The notes beneath the pieces are model-generated. The model did not search any database, was not told the origin of the DNA, and saw nothing but the letters and a program-made list of their open reading frames with translations. 64,000 bases of DNA from Longimicrobiales bacterium (GTDB lineage: Bacteria; Gemmatimonadota; Gemmatimonadetes; Longimicrobiales; Gaopeijiaceae). Where the stretch lies: contig OZ244894.1 in NCBI GenBank assembly GCA_965221535.1, forward strand, positions 2,609,059 through 2,673,058, written 5' to 3'. Of this stretch, positions 8,158 to 16,391 are shown piece after piece. Every line of letters starts with the position of its first letter. The first letter of the stretch is position 1. Both the position numbers and the translations under genes were made by a program.

Positions 8158-9306
8158 GTGCCCGGGCTGCACCGCCATATCGACCCCGACGGACCTCTAG
8201 AATACTCGGTCGTCTTCACCGACCGGTCACTGAACCACATGTCGGCACGGTTCCGCGAGGTGATGCGGACGATTTCGGCCACGCTCAAGGATGTCTACGG
8301 GGCCGACTCGGTGGCGGTCGTGCCGGGCGGCGGCACCTTCGCGATGGAGGCGGTCGCGCGGCAGTTCGGGACCGGCAAGCGGTGCCTGGTCCTGCGCAAC
8401 GGCTGGTTCAGCTACCGCTGGACGCAGATCTTCGACGTGGCCCGGATCCCCGCCGAATCGGTCGTGCTCAAGGCCCGGCCGGACGACGACGGCCCCGCGC
8501 CCGCGTTCGCCCCCGCGTCGATCGACGAGGTGGTCTCGACCATCGCGGCCATGCGCCCGGACGTGGTGTTCGCCGCTCACGTCGAGACTTCCGCCGGCAT
8601 CCTGCTGCCCGACGACTACCTGCGCGCGGTTGCCGACGCCGTCCACGCCGCCGGCGGGATCTTCGTGCTCGACGCAATCGCCTCGGGCGCGCTCTGGGTC
8701 GACATGCGGGAGTCGGGCGTCGACGTGCTGATCAGCGCGCCGCAGAAGGGCTGGAGCGGATCGCCGTGCGCCGGGCTGGTCATGTTCGGACCCGAGGGCC
8801 GGGCGCGCGCCGCGGCGTCGAAGAGCACCAGCTTCGCAGCCGACCTGCACATGTGGGCGAGGGTCATGGACGCGTACGTCGACGGCGGGCAGCTCTACCA
8901 CGCCACAATGCCCACCGACTCGCTCAAGTTCTTCCACGACGCCATGCTCGAGACCCGCGACTTCGGGTTCGAGAACGCGCGCGCGCGGCAGTGGGAGCTG
9001 GGGAACCGAATCCGAGCCCTTCTCGCCGAACACGGCTTCCGCAGCGTTGCTGCCAAGGGTTTCGAGGCGCCAGGAGTCGTCGTCTGCCACACAGACGACC
9101 CGTCCATACAGACCGGCGTCCGCTTTGCCCAGGCAGGCCTGCAGATTGCCGCCGGAGTGCCGCTGCGCTGCGGCGAGCCCCTTGGCTTCCGCACGTTCCG
9201 GCTGGGGCTTTTCGGCCTGGACAAGCTCGGCAACGTCGACCGCACCGTCGACACGTTCCAGGCGGCGCTGGAACAAGTCCTAGCCCCCACCCCGAGCGCG
9301 GTCTGA
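8158..9306 (+). CDS. Class V aminotransferase (serine/alanine–glyoxylate/pyruvate aminotransferase family)
   Basis: Within ORF 8008..9306. AAGGAGG at 8145-8151, then GTG at 8158. Motifs …TDRSLNHMSARFREVM…, VVPGGGTFAMEAV, SAPQKGW (PLP-Lys). Confidence 0.8.
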   Translation: MPGLHRHIDPDGPLEYSVVFTDRSLNHMSARFREVMRTISATLKDVYGADSVAVVPGGGTFAMEAVARQFGTGKRCLVLRNGWFSYRWTQIFDVARIPAESVVLKARPDDDGPAPAFAPASIDEVVSTIAAMRPDVVFAAHVETSAGILLPDDYLRAVADAVHAAGGIFVLDAIASGALWVDMRESGVDVLISAPQKGWSGSPCAGLVMFGPEGRARAAASKSTSFAADLHMWARVMDAYVDGGQLYHATMPTDSLKFFHDAMLETRDFGFENARARQWELGNRIRALLAEHGFRSVAAKGFEAPGVVVCHTDDPSIQTGVRFAQAGLQIAAGVPLRCGEPLGFRTFRLGLFGLDKLGNVDRTVDTFQAALEQVLAPTPSAV

Positions 9307-9314
9307 CGGCGCAC

Positions 9315-10871
9315 ATGCCGACGCGCAGGCCGCGGACGCCCCGGACGCGCACCCCAGCGCCGGTCCCGGCAGCCGCGCCCGCGCTCCTTCTTGCGGCCGG
9401 CGCCTTCACGGCCTGCTCCCTAGCGCCCCCGCCCTCGACGCCCGCGCCCGCGGCCCGCCTCCCCGACGCGTTCGCCGAAGGCCGCGCCGCGGGCAGCCAC
9501 CTGCCCCAAGAGTGGTGGCATGCATTTCAGGACCCGGCCCTCAACACGGTCGTCGACTCGGTGCTGGCCGCGAACTTCGACCTTGCCGAAGCCGTGGCGC
9601 GCGTGCAGCAGGCCCGGGCCCAGGCGGGGATCGCGCGGGCGGGTCTGCTTCCCACACTGCAGGCCAGCGCCACCGCATCGGACCAGAACACCCCCAGCAA
9701 CGCGGGCTTCGGGCAGCAGTTCCGGGAACTGTCCGGCGGCGACGGCGGCCCCGTGCCGGGCGGATTCGAGTTCCCGGAGCGCCTGGGGATCACCACCTAT
9801 TCGCTGGGCGTCGACTTCGCCTACGAGCTCGACTTCTGGGGCCGCGCCCGCAACGACTCCCGCGCGGCGGCCATGCAGTACCTGGCGTCCGAGTCGGACT
9901 TCCGGGCCGCGCGGATCGGCGTGCTGTCCGAGACGATCACCACGTACTTCGAGATCGTCGACCTGCGGCGCCGCTCGGCCCTGGCCCGGGAGACCGCCGA
10001 GGTGCTGCGGGAGGGCGCCGACCTGGCGGAAGACCGCTACGATCGCGGCCTGGCGACCTCGTTCGAGCTCTACCAGGCGCGCCAGGCGCTGAGCAGCGCC
10101 CAAGCCGGGATTCCGCAGCTCGAGAGCCAGCTGACGAATGCCGAAGGGCGCCTGGGCGTGTTGATCGGGGGATTTCGCGCCAAGCTGGACGCGATCCTGC
10201 CCGATTCGCTTGCGCCCGTGGCGCCCGGCCGCGCGGTCCCCGCCGGGGTCCCCGCCGACCTTCTGCTGCAGCGTCCCGACGTGCGCGCCGCGGGCGAGCG
10301 TCTGGAGGCCGCGCGGTTCGCGATCGGGGCGCGGCGGGCCGAGCTGCTGCCGTCGCTGTCCCTGAGCGGCACGATCGGCCTGCAGTCGGCCGACGTGGAC
10401 GGGCTCTTCCGGGTGGACCAGTGGTTCCGCAACCTGATCGGCGGCCTGACCGCGCCGATCTTCCAGGGTGGGCGGATCCGGAACAACATCGCGCTTGCGC
10501 ACGCCAGCTTCGGTCAGGCCGCCGCCGCGTACGGGCGCGCGGTGGTGACGGCGGTGCACGAGGTCGAGGGCGCGCTCGCCGCGCTGGACAACGAGGGGCG
10601 CCGCCACGCGTTCCTGGAATCGCAGCGCGAGGACGCGGCGGCGGCGGTCGCGCTCCAGGCGGAGCGGTACGCGTCGGGCGTGGCGGGCTACGCAGACTAC
10701 CTGGACGCGGTGCGCGCCCTGCTGGCGGTCGAGTCGACGCTGGCCGGCGCGCGGCGCGACCTCGCCCTGGCGCGGCTCTCGGTGCACCGCGCCCTGGGGG
10801 GAGAGTGGACCGCGCCGCCCGAGGCGCAAGAGGAGAGTGAGCACATGAGCCGCACGGAGGTTGGCCGATGA
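9315..10871 (+). CDS. RND efflux outer-membrane factor lipoprotein (NodT/OprM family)
   Basis: Tail of ORF 8382..10871. ATG at 9315 gives MPTRRPRTPRTRTPAPVPAAAPALLLAAGAFTACS (lipobox). Two OEP repeats. The stop overlaps the start of the membrane-fusion-protein gene (ATGA at 10868). Confidence 0.85.
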   Translation: MPTRRPRTPRTRTPAPVPAAAPALLLAAGAFTACSLAPPPSTPAPAARLPDAFAEGRAAGSHLPQEWWHAFQDPALNTVVDSVLAANFDLAEAVARVQQARAQAGIARAGLLPTLQASATASDQNTPSNAGFGQQFRELSGGDGGPVPGGFEFPERLGITTYSLGVDFAYELDFWGRARNDSRAAAMQYLASESDFRAARIGVLSETITTYFEIVDLRRRSALARETAEVLREGADLAEDRYDRGLATSFELYQARQALSSAQAGIPQLESQLTNAEGRLGVLIGGFRAKLDAILPDSLAPVAPGRAVPAGVPADLLLQRPDVRAAGERLEAARFAIGARRAELLPSLSLSGTIGLQSADVDGLFRVDQWFRNLIGGLTAPIFQGGRIRNNIALAHASFGQAAAAYGRAVVTAVHEVEGALAALDNEGRRHAFLESQREDAAAAVALQAERYASGVAGYADYLDAVRALLAVESTLAGARRDLALARLSVHRALGGEWTAPPEAQEESEHMSRTEVGR

Positions 10872-12151
10872 GCCGCGTTCGCCGCCCCTGGCTGCTGCCC
10901 GCAGCGATCCTTCTGGGCGCCCTCGCGGCGGCGGTCGTCATGGTGCGGCTGCGGCCCGAGCCGCCGCTCAGGGAGCCGCCTTCGCTGCTTCCGTTCGTCT
11001 CGACCGCCCCCGCCGAAGCGCGGCAGGGGTCGATTCCGGTCTTCGGCGCGGGCACGGTGCGGCCGCGCGCCGAGATCGACGTGGCGGCCGAGGTCGGCGG
11101 CAGGGTCGCCTGGGTGGCGCCAGCGTTTCAGAGCGGAGGCCGGGTGGGGGCGGGCGAGGCGCTGTTCCGCATCGACGACGCCGACTACAGGAACCGCGTG
11201 CAGCAGGCGCGGGCCAACGTGGCGGCGCAGCGGGTCGCGCTCCTGCAGGCCGAGGAGGAGGCGCGGATCGCGCGCGCCGAGTACGAGAGCTTCAGGCGCC
11301 GCAGCGCGGGTGGATCGGCTTCGGGGCAGCCGAATCCGCTCGCGCTGAGGGAGCCGCAGCTCGAGGCCGCGCGGGCGGCGCTGGCGAGGGACAGCGCCTC
11401 GCTCGCCGACGCCGAACTGGCCCTGGCGCGCACCGAGGTGGTCGCGCCGTTCAGCGGCATCGTGCGCGAGGAGACGGTCGCCGTGGGGCAGTTCGTCGGC
11501 CCGGGGCAGAGCGTGGGGCGCCTCTTCGCCGACGACGCGGTCGAGGTGGCGGTGCCCCTCGCGGACGGCGACGCCGCGCTGATCGCGGGACTGTGGGCGC
11601 TCGGGGCCGGCGACGGGAATCGGCGCGTGGCCGCCGCCGTGTCGGCCCGGTACGGCGACATGACCTACGCCTGGAGCGGATACGTGGACCGGGCCGAGGC
11701 CGCGCTCGACGAGCAGACCCGGACGATCGACGTGGTCGTGCGCGTCCCGCGCCCGATGGCGGGGGGCGCGCCGGTGGGCGGCGGGGTGGCCGGGGGCGGG
11801 GTGGCCGGGGGCGGGGTGGCCGGCGACGCCCCGGCCGGCGGGGACCCGGCGGCCCCCTCGCGCGAGTCCAGCGCAGCCCCGCCGCTGCTCGTGGGCCAGT
11901 TCGTCGAGGTGCGGATCGACGGGGCGGCGCCCGAGCGCTACTTCGCGATCCCGCGCGCCGCGCTCAGGACGGGCAACGAGGTGTGGGCGCTCCGGGACGG
12001 GAACCGGGTCGCGATCGTCCCGGTCCGGGTGCTGCAGCGCGCGGACGAGGTGGCCTACGTCGCGGGCGGTCTCGAGGACGGGCAGCCGGTCGTGGTGAGC
12101 GGCATCCGGATCGCCACCGAGGGAATGGCCGTGCGCACGGGCGCCGAATGA
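10868..12151 (+). CDS. RND efflux membrane-fusion protein (periplasmic adaptor, HlyD family)
   Basis: ORF 10868..12151. N-terminal TM, coiled coil, beta-barrel and MP domains. Contains the 15-bp x3 tandem repeat encoding GGGVAGGGVAGGGVA. Its stop overlaps the RND pump start (ATGA at 12148). Confidence 0.85.
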   Translation: MSRVRRPWLLPAAILLGALAAAVVMVRLRPEPPLREPPSLLPFVSTAPAEARQGSIPVFGAGTVRPRAEIDVAAEVGGRVAWVAPAFQSGGRVGAGEALFRIDDADYRNRVQQARANVAAQRVALLQAEEEARIARAEYESFRRRSAGGSASGQPNPLALREPQLEAARAALARDSASLADAELALARTEVVAPFSGIVREETVAVGQFVGPGQSVGRLFADDAVEVAVPLADGDAALIAGLWALGAGDGNRRVAAAVSARYGDMTYAWSGYVDRAEAALDEQTRTIDVVVRVPRPMAGGAPVGGGVAGGGVAGGGVAGDAPAGGDPAAPSRESSAAPPLLVGQFVEVRIDGAAPERYFAIPRAALRTGNEVWALRDGNRVAIVPVRVLQRADEVAYVAGGLEDGQPVVVSGIRIATEGMAVRTGAE

Positions 12152-15100
12152 GCCGCGACGACGGCCTTCGACCCCGCGAACGGCGCGGGCCGATCGGCTA
12201 CATGGCCCGCAACGGCGTCGCGGCCAACCTCCTCATGTTCTTCATCCTGATCGCGGGGTTCTTTGCGCTCTCGACCCTCGTGCAGGAGGTCTTTCCCGAG
12301 GTCTCCCTGGACCGCGTCCAGATCTCGGTTCCCTACCCCGGCGCGACCCCCGACGAGATCGAGGAGTCGATCGTCCTGAAGATCGAGGAACAGATCGAGA
12401 GCGTCGAAGGCCTGAAGCAGATCAGGTCCACGGTGTCGGAGGGCGGCGGATCGGTGGTGGCCGAGGCCGAGCGGGGAACGGACCTGAGCCGGTTCCTCGA
12501 CGACATCAAGGCCCAGATCGACCGCATCCAGACCTTCCCCGCAGGCGCGGAGCGCCCCGAGGTCACGGAGCTGACGAACCGGCAGAGCGTGATCCGGCTG
12601 GTGGTCTACGGGGACATCGCCGAACGCGCGCTCAAGGAAATCGCGTACCAGACCGAGGACGCGCTTTCCGCCCTTCCCGAGGTCTCGTACGTCGAGACGA
12701 CGGGCGTCAGGGAGTACGAGATCTCGATCGAGGTGCCGCTGCATCGCCTGCGAGCCCTGGGGCTGACGCTGCGGGACATCTCGGCCGCCGTGCGCGGGGG
12801 CTCGCTGGACCTCTCCGCCGGGAGCATCGACACGCGCGAAGAGGAAGTGCGGATCCGCACCACGGGCCAGAACTACACGCAGCAGGACTTCGAGGAGATC
12901 ATCGTCGTGAGCCGCGCCGACGGCACGGCCGTGCGCCTGGGCGACATTGCCGAGGTGCGGGACGGCTTCCGCGACGTGGACCTGATCGGACGCTACCAGG
13001 GGCAGCGCGCGGCCTACGTCGAGGTCTTCCGCACGGCCGACGAGAAGGCGCTCGAGATCGCCGACGCGGTCGAGGCGCACCTGGAGGACGAGCTGGTCCC
13101 GTCGCTCCCGGCGGGCGTCGGAATCGAGATCTGGAACAACGACGCCGACATCCTGCAGGACCGCCTGGGCCTGCTCGTCAAGAACGGCCTGCTCGGACTG
13201 GCCCTCGTGCTGATCGCCCTGGCCCTCTTCCTGGAGATCAGGCTGGCCTTCTGGGTCGCGGTGGGCATCGCCGTCTCGTTCGTGGGCACGTTCGGCGTGA
13301 TGGCCGTGCTGGGCGTGTCCATCAACCTCATGTCGCTCTTCGCCTTCCTCCTTGCGGTCGGCATCGTCGTCGACGACGCGATCGTCGTGGGCGAGAACAT
13401 CTACGCCGAGCGCGAACGCGGGAGCCGGGGTGTCGCGGCGTCGATCCGCGGCACCCGCAGGATCACCGGGCCCGTGATCTTCGCGGTGCTGACCACGGTG
13501 GTGGCCTTCTGTCCGCTCTTCTTCATCCCCAGCTCGATCGGGAGCATTGTGGGCGAGGTCCCGATCATCGTCATGTCGGTGCTGATCTTCTCGCTCATCG
13601 AGTCCCTGCTCGTCCTGCCGAACCACCTCTCCCACCTTCCCGCCCCCGGCGCCGGGCCGGGGCGCGGACTGCGCGCGGTCGGCCGGATCCAGTCGCGGGT
13701 GCAGTCGGGGCTTCAGCGGCTGATCGACGGGCCGCTCGACCGGAGCCTGCGCCTCGCGACCGGACGGCCCGGCGTCGTGATCGCAGCCGGCGTCGCGATG
13801 ATCATCGTGTCGGTGGCCACCATCCCGGCGGGGATCGTAAAGGTCGACTTCATGCCTTCGGTGGAGGACGACCTTGTGACGGCCAGCCTGATCATGCCCG
13901 AGGGCACGCCCGTGCAGCGAACGTCCGAGGTGGCGCAAAGGCTGGAGGCGGCCGGGCACGAGGCGATCGCGCGGCTGGCGTCGAGCAGGGGCGGGGGCGG
14001 CGAGAATCTCGTGACCGGCGTCAACGTCACGATCGGCGCCCTGGCGCGGCAGAGCGGGCCCACCGGAGACGGGTCCGGCGGCGCCGCTCCGCAGGCCAGC
14101 GTCGCGGCGGTCGAGTTCAAGCTCGTCGGCGCCGATGAGCGCGACATCTCGGCGACCGACGTGCAGCAGGAGTGGCGCGAAGCCGTCGGCGCGCTCCCCG
14201 AGGCCAAGTCGCTGACGATCTCGGCCGAGCTGATCAGCTTCGGGGCCCCGGTCCACGTCGAGCTCTCCCACCCGGATCCCGACCGCCTCGCCCCGATCGC
14301 CGATACGGTCATGGCGCGGCTCCGCGAGCTCGCCGGCGTCTTCGACGTGCAGGCGGACCAGGAACGGGGCCTGAGGGAGATCCAGCTCGACCTTCTTCCC
14401 GAGGCGCGGACGCTGGGGCTTGCGCTGGACAACCTGGCCCGGCAGGTCCGGGCCGCGTTCTTCGGCGACGAGGCGCTCCGCGTTCAGCGCGGACGCGAGG
14501 ACATGCGGGTCTACGTGCGGCTGCCCGAGGAGGAGCGCAACGCCATCTCCGACGTGGAGGGCTACCTGGTCCGCACGCCCGGCGGCGGCGAGGTGCCGCT
14601 GGGACGCGTCGCCTCGGTCCGGTTCGGCAGCTCGCCCACGACCATCCAGCGCAAGGACGGGCAGCGGATCCTCACCGTCACCGCCGACGTGAACACAGGC
14701 GTCGTGACGGGCGGCGAAGTCACCAGCCTGCTCGAGAGCTCGGTCCTTCCCGAGATCGCCGGCCTCAACCCGGGGCTCGCCTATTCGTTCGGCGGCGAGC
14801 AACAGCAGCAGGTCGAGTCGTTCGGCGCGCTCGGCGGCGGCTTCGCGCTGGCGCTGCTGGCGATCTACGCCCTGCTGGCCATCCCGTTCGGGTCGTACAC
14901 CAAGCCGCTGATCATCATGGCGGCCATCCCGTTCGGGATCATCGGCGCCGTCCTGGGCCATGTCGTGCTAGGGCTGCAGATGGCGATCATGTCGCTGTTC
15001 GGCATCATCGGCCTGAGCGGCGTGGTGGTGAACGACTCGCTGGTCATGATCGACTTCATCAACGAGCGGCTGCGCCAGGGCATGCCCGGCCGCGAGGCGA

Positions 15101-15333
15101 TCGTCGAGGGGGCCAAGGCCCGCTTCCGCCCGATTCTGCTGACCTCGGTCACCACGTTCCTGGGCGTGGCCCCGCTCGTCTTCGAGACCAGCCTTCAGGC
15201 GCAGTTCCTGATCCCGATGGCGGCGTCGCTCGGCTTCGGGATCCTGTTCGCCACCGTGGTGCTCATGATGATCGTGCCCGCGCTGGCCATGGTGCAGCAC
15301 CGGCTGATGGGGGAACGGGCGCGGCGGGGGTGA
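12148..15333 (+). CDS. RND multidrug/heavy-metal efflux pump (AcrB/HAE1 family inner-membrane transporter)
   Basis: Tail of giant ORF 10861..15333, starting at ATG 12148 (MSRDDGL…MARNGVAANLLMFFILIAG). About 1061 aa with 12 TMs and two large periplasmic loops. Translationally coupled to the upstream membrane-fusion-protein gene. Confidence 0.85.
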   Translation: MSRDDGLRPRERRGPIGYMARNGVAANLLMFFILIAGFFALSTLVQEVFPEVSLDRVQISVPYPGATPDEIEESIVLKIEEQIESVEGLKQIRSTVSEGGGSVVAEAERGTDLSRFLDDIKAQIDRIQTFPAGAERPEVTELTNRQSVIRLVVYGDIAERALKEIAYQTEDALSALPEVSYVETTGVREYEISIEVPLHRLRALGLTLRDISAAVRGGSLDLSAGSIDTREEEVRIRTTGQNYTQQDFEEIIVVSRADGTAVRLGDIAEVRDGFRDVDLIGRYQGQRAAYVEVFRTADEKALEIADAVEAHLEDELVPSLPAGVGIEIWNNDADILQDRLGLLVKNGLLGLALVLIALALFLEIRLAFWVAVGIAVSFVGTFGVMAVLGVSINLMSLFAFLLAVGIVVDDAIVVGENIYAERERGSRGVAASIRGTRRITGPVIFAVLTTVVAFCPLFFIPSSIGSIVGEVPIIVMSVLIFSLIESLLVLPNHLSHLPAPGAGPGRGLRAVGRIQSRVQSGLQRLIDGPLDRSLRLATGRPGVVIAAGVAMIIVSVATIPAGIVKVDFMPSVEDDLVTASLIMPEGTPVQRTSEVAQRLEAAGHEAIARLASSRGGGGENLVTGVNVTIGALARQSGPTGDGSGGAAPQASVAAVEFKLVGADERDISATDVQQEWREAVGALPEAKSLTISAELISFGAPVHVELSHPDPDRLAPIADTVMARLRELAGVFDVQADQERGLREIQLDLLPEARTLGLALDNLARQVRAAFFGDEALRVQRGREDMRVYVRLPEEERNAISDVEGYLVRTPGGGEVPLGRVASVRFGSSPTTIQRKDGQRILTVTADVNTGVVTGGEVTSLLESSVLPEIAGLNPGLAYSFGGEQQQQVESFGALGGGFALALLAIYALLAIPFGSYTKPLIIMAAIPFGIIGAVLGHVVLGLQMAIMSLFGIIGLSGVVVNDSLVMIDFINERLRQGMPGREAIVEGAKARFRPILLTSVTTFLGVAPLVFETSLQAQFLIPMAASLGFGILFATVVLMMIVPALAMVQHRLMGERARRG

Positions 15334-16348
15334 AGCCGGGCGTGCGGTCGGGGCGGGGGTCGGGGCCGGGGTCGTCTCGGGGGTCGGGGCCGAGCTCGAA
15401 GGGCAGGTCGTGGCGGGCCCCCCAGTCGCGCCAGCTGCCGTCGTAGAAGACGATGTCGAGGCCGTGCATGCGGGCGGCCATGTAGACCACGCTGGCGCGC
15501 ATTCCGATCATGCAGTAGACGACGTGGGTCTTGCCCTCGCCCGCGCCGTGCCGTTCCAGAATGCGCGCGATCCGGTCGCGCGGCAGGAAGCGGGCGTTGT
15601 TCGCGGGGTCCATCAGCTCCTCCCAGTAGAGCTGGGCCGCGCCGGGAATATGGCCGGGGTTGCCCCCGTCGCCGAGGCCGCCGTCGTCGCCGGTGTACTC
15701 GTCGTCGGGGCGCGCGTCGAGCAGCGCGACCGAGGGGTCGCCGAGCCGCTCGTGCACCCAGTCCGCCGAGACGCGGAAGTCGACGGGGCTGCGCGCGACC
15801 ACGTCGCCGGGCTCGACCGGGGGCGCTTCGCCGCTCTCGACGGCACCGCCCGCAGCCTTCCAGTCGGCGATGCCGCCGTCGAGCAGGAATGCGCGGTCGC
15901 CCAGGCCAAGGAAATCGAACGTTGCCCACGTCCGGGCGGTGGCCGTCATGCTCGTGCCGTAGATGACCACCCTCGAGTCGCGTTGGATGCCCGCCGCGCG
16001 GAGGACGGCGACAATTTCATCCACCTCAGGAAACTCGACGATCCAGCCCTCCTCGCCGTCCCAGGTGATGTCCTGGAAGCGCAGGGGCCGGGCCCCGGCG
16101 ATGTGCTCCTCTGCGAACTCGCCAGGCCTGCGTTCGGCTTCGACCACCACCACGTCGTCGTCGGCGATGTGGCGCAGCAGCCATTCGACCTCGACCAGCG
16201 GATCGACCGGCAGGGTCTGCAGGCGCGGCTCCTGGGCGGCGAGCGGGGCGGCGAGGGCGGCGAACGGCGCGGCGAGGGCGGCGAACGGCGCGGCTAGACC
16301 GGCCACGACGGCCAGCGGCGCGGCGGCGCGCCAATGTAAACTTGACAT
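15263..16348 (-). CDS. Rhodanese-domain sulfurtransferase (tandem rhodanese domains, thiosulfate/3-mercaptopyruvate sulfurtransferase-like), secreted
   Basis: ORF 15263..16369. Probable start is ATG 16348 (MSSLHWRAAAPLAVVAGLAAPFAALAAPFAALAAPLAAQ), which is embedded in the AT-rich motif. Two rhodanese domains with an active-site Cys (VVYCMIGMRAS). Its 3' end overlaps the RND gene convergently by about 70 bp. Confidence 0.75.
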   Translation of the reverse strand: MSSLHWRAAAPLAVVAGLAAPFAALAAPFAALAAPLAAQEPRLQTLPVDPLVEVEWLLRHIADDDVVVVEAERRPGEFAEEHIAGARPLRFQDITWDGEEGWIVEFPEVDEIVAVLRAAGIQRDSRVVIYGTSMTATARTWATFDFLGLGDRAFLLDGGIADWKAAGGAVESGEAPPVEPGDVVARSPVDFRVSADWVHERLGDPSVALLDARPDDEYTGDDGGLGDGGNPGHIPGAAQLYWEELMDPANNARFLPRDRIARILERHGAGEGKTHVVYCMIGMRASVVYMAARMHGLDIVFYDGSWRDWGARHDLPFELGPDPRDDPGPDPRPDRTPGFTPAAPVPPSAGAAPWPARARSS

Positions 16349-16376
16349 GACAATTTGTAATTTTGACATTACATTC
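16335..16376. repeat. AT-rich ~21-bp motif, 2 tandem copies, overlapping the rhodanese start codon
   Basis: TGTAAACTTGACATGACAATT / TGTAATTTTGACATTACATTC in a ~70% GC background. Same family as 54028-54111, 35543-35574 and 46596-46650. Confidence 0.7.
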
Positions 16377-16391
16377 TGCCGACAACTCGGC

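Noticed and set aside
10861-15333. 1490-aa plus-strand ORF spanning the membrane-fusion-protein and RND pump genes
   Set aside because: The N-terminal approx. 430 aa are Arg/Gly-rich nonsense in a frame overlapping the real membrane-fusion-protein gene (10868..12151). The real RND pump starts at ATG 12148, coupled to the membrane-fusion-protein stop.
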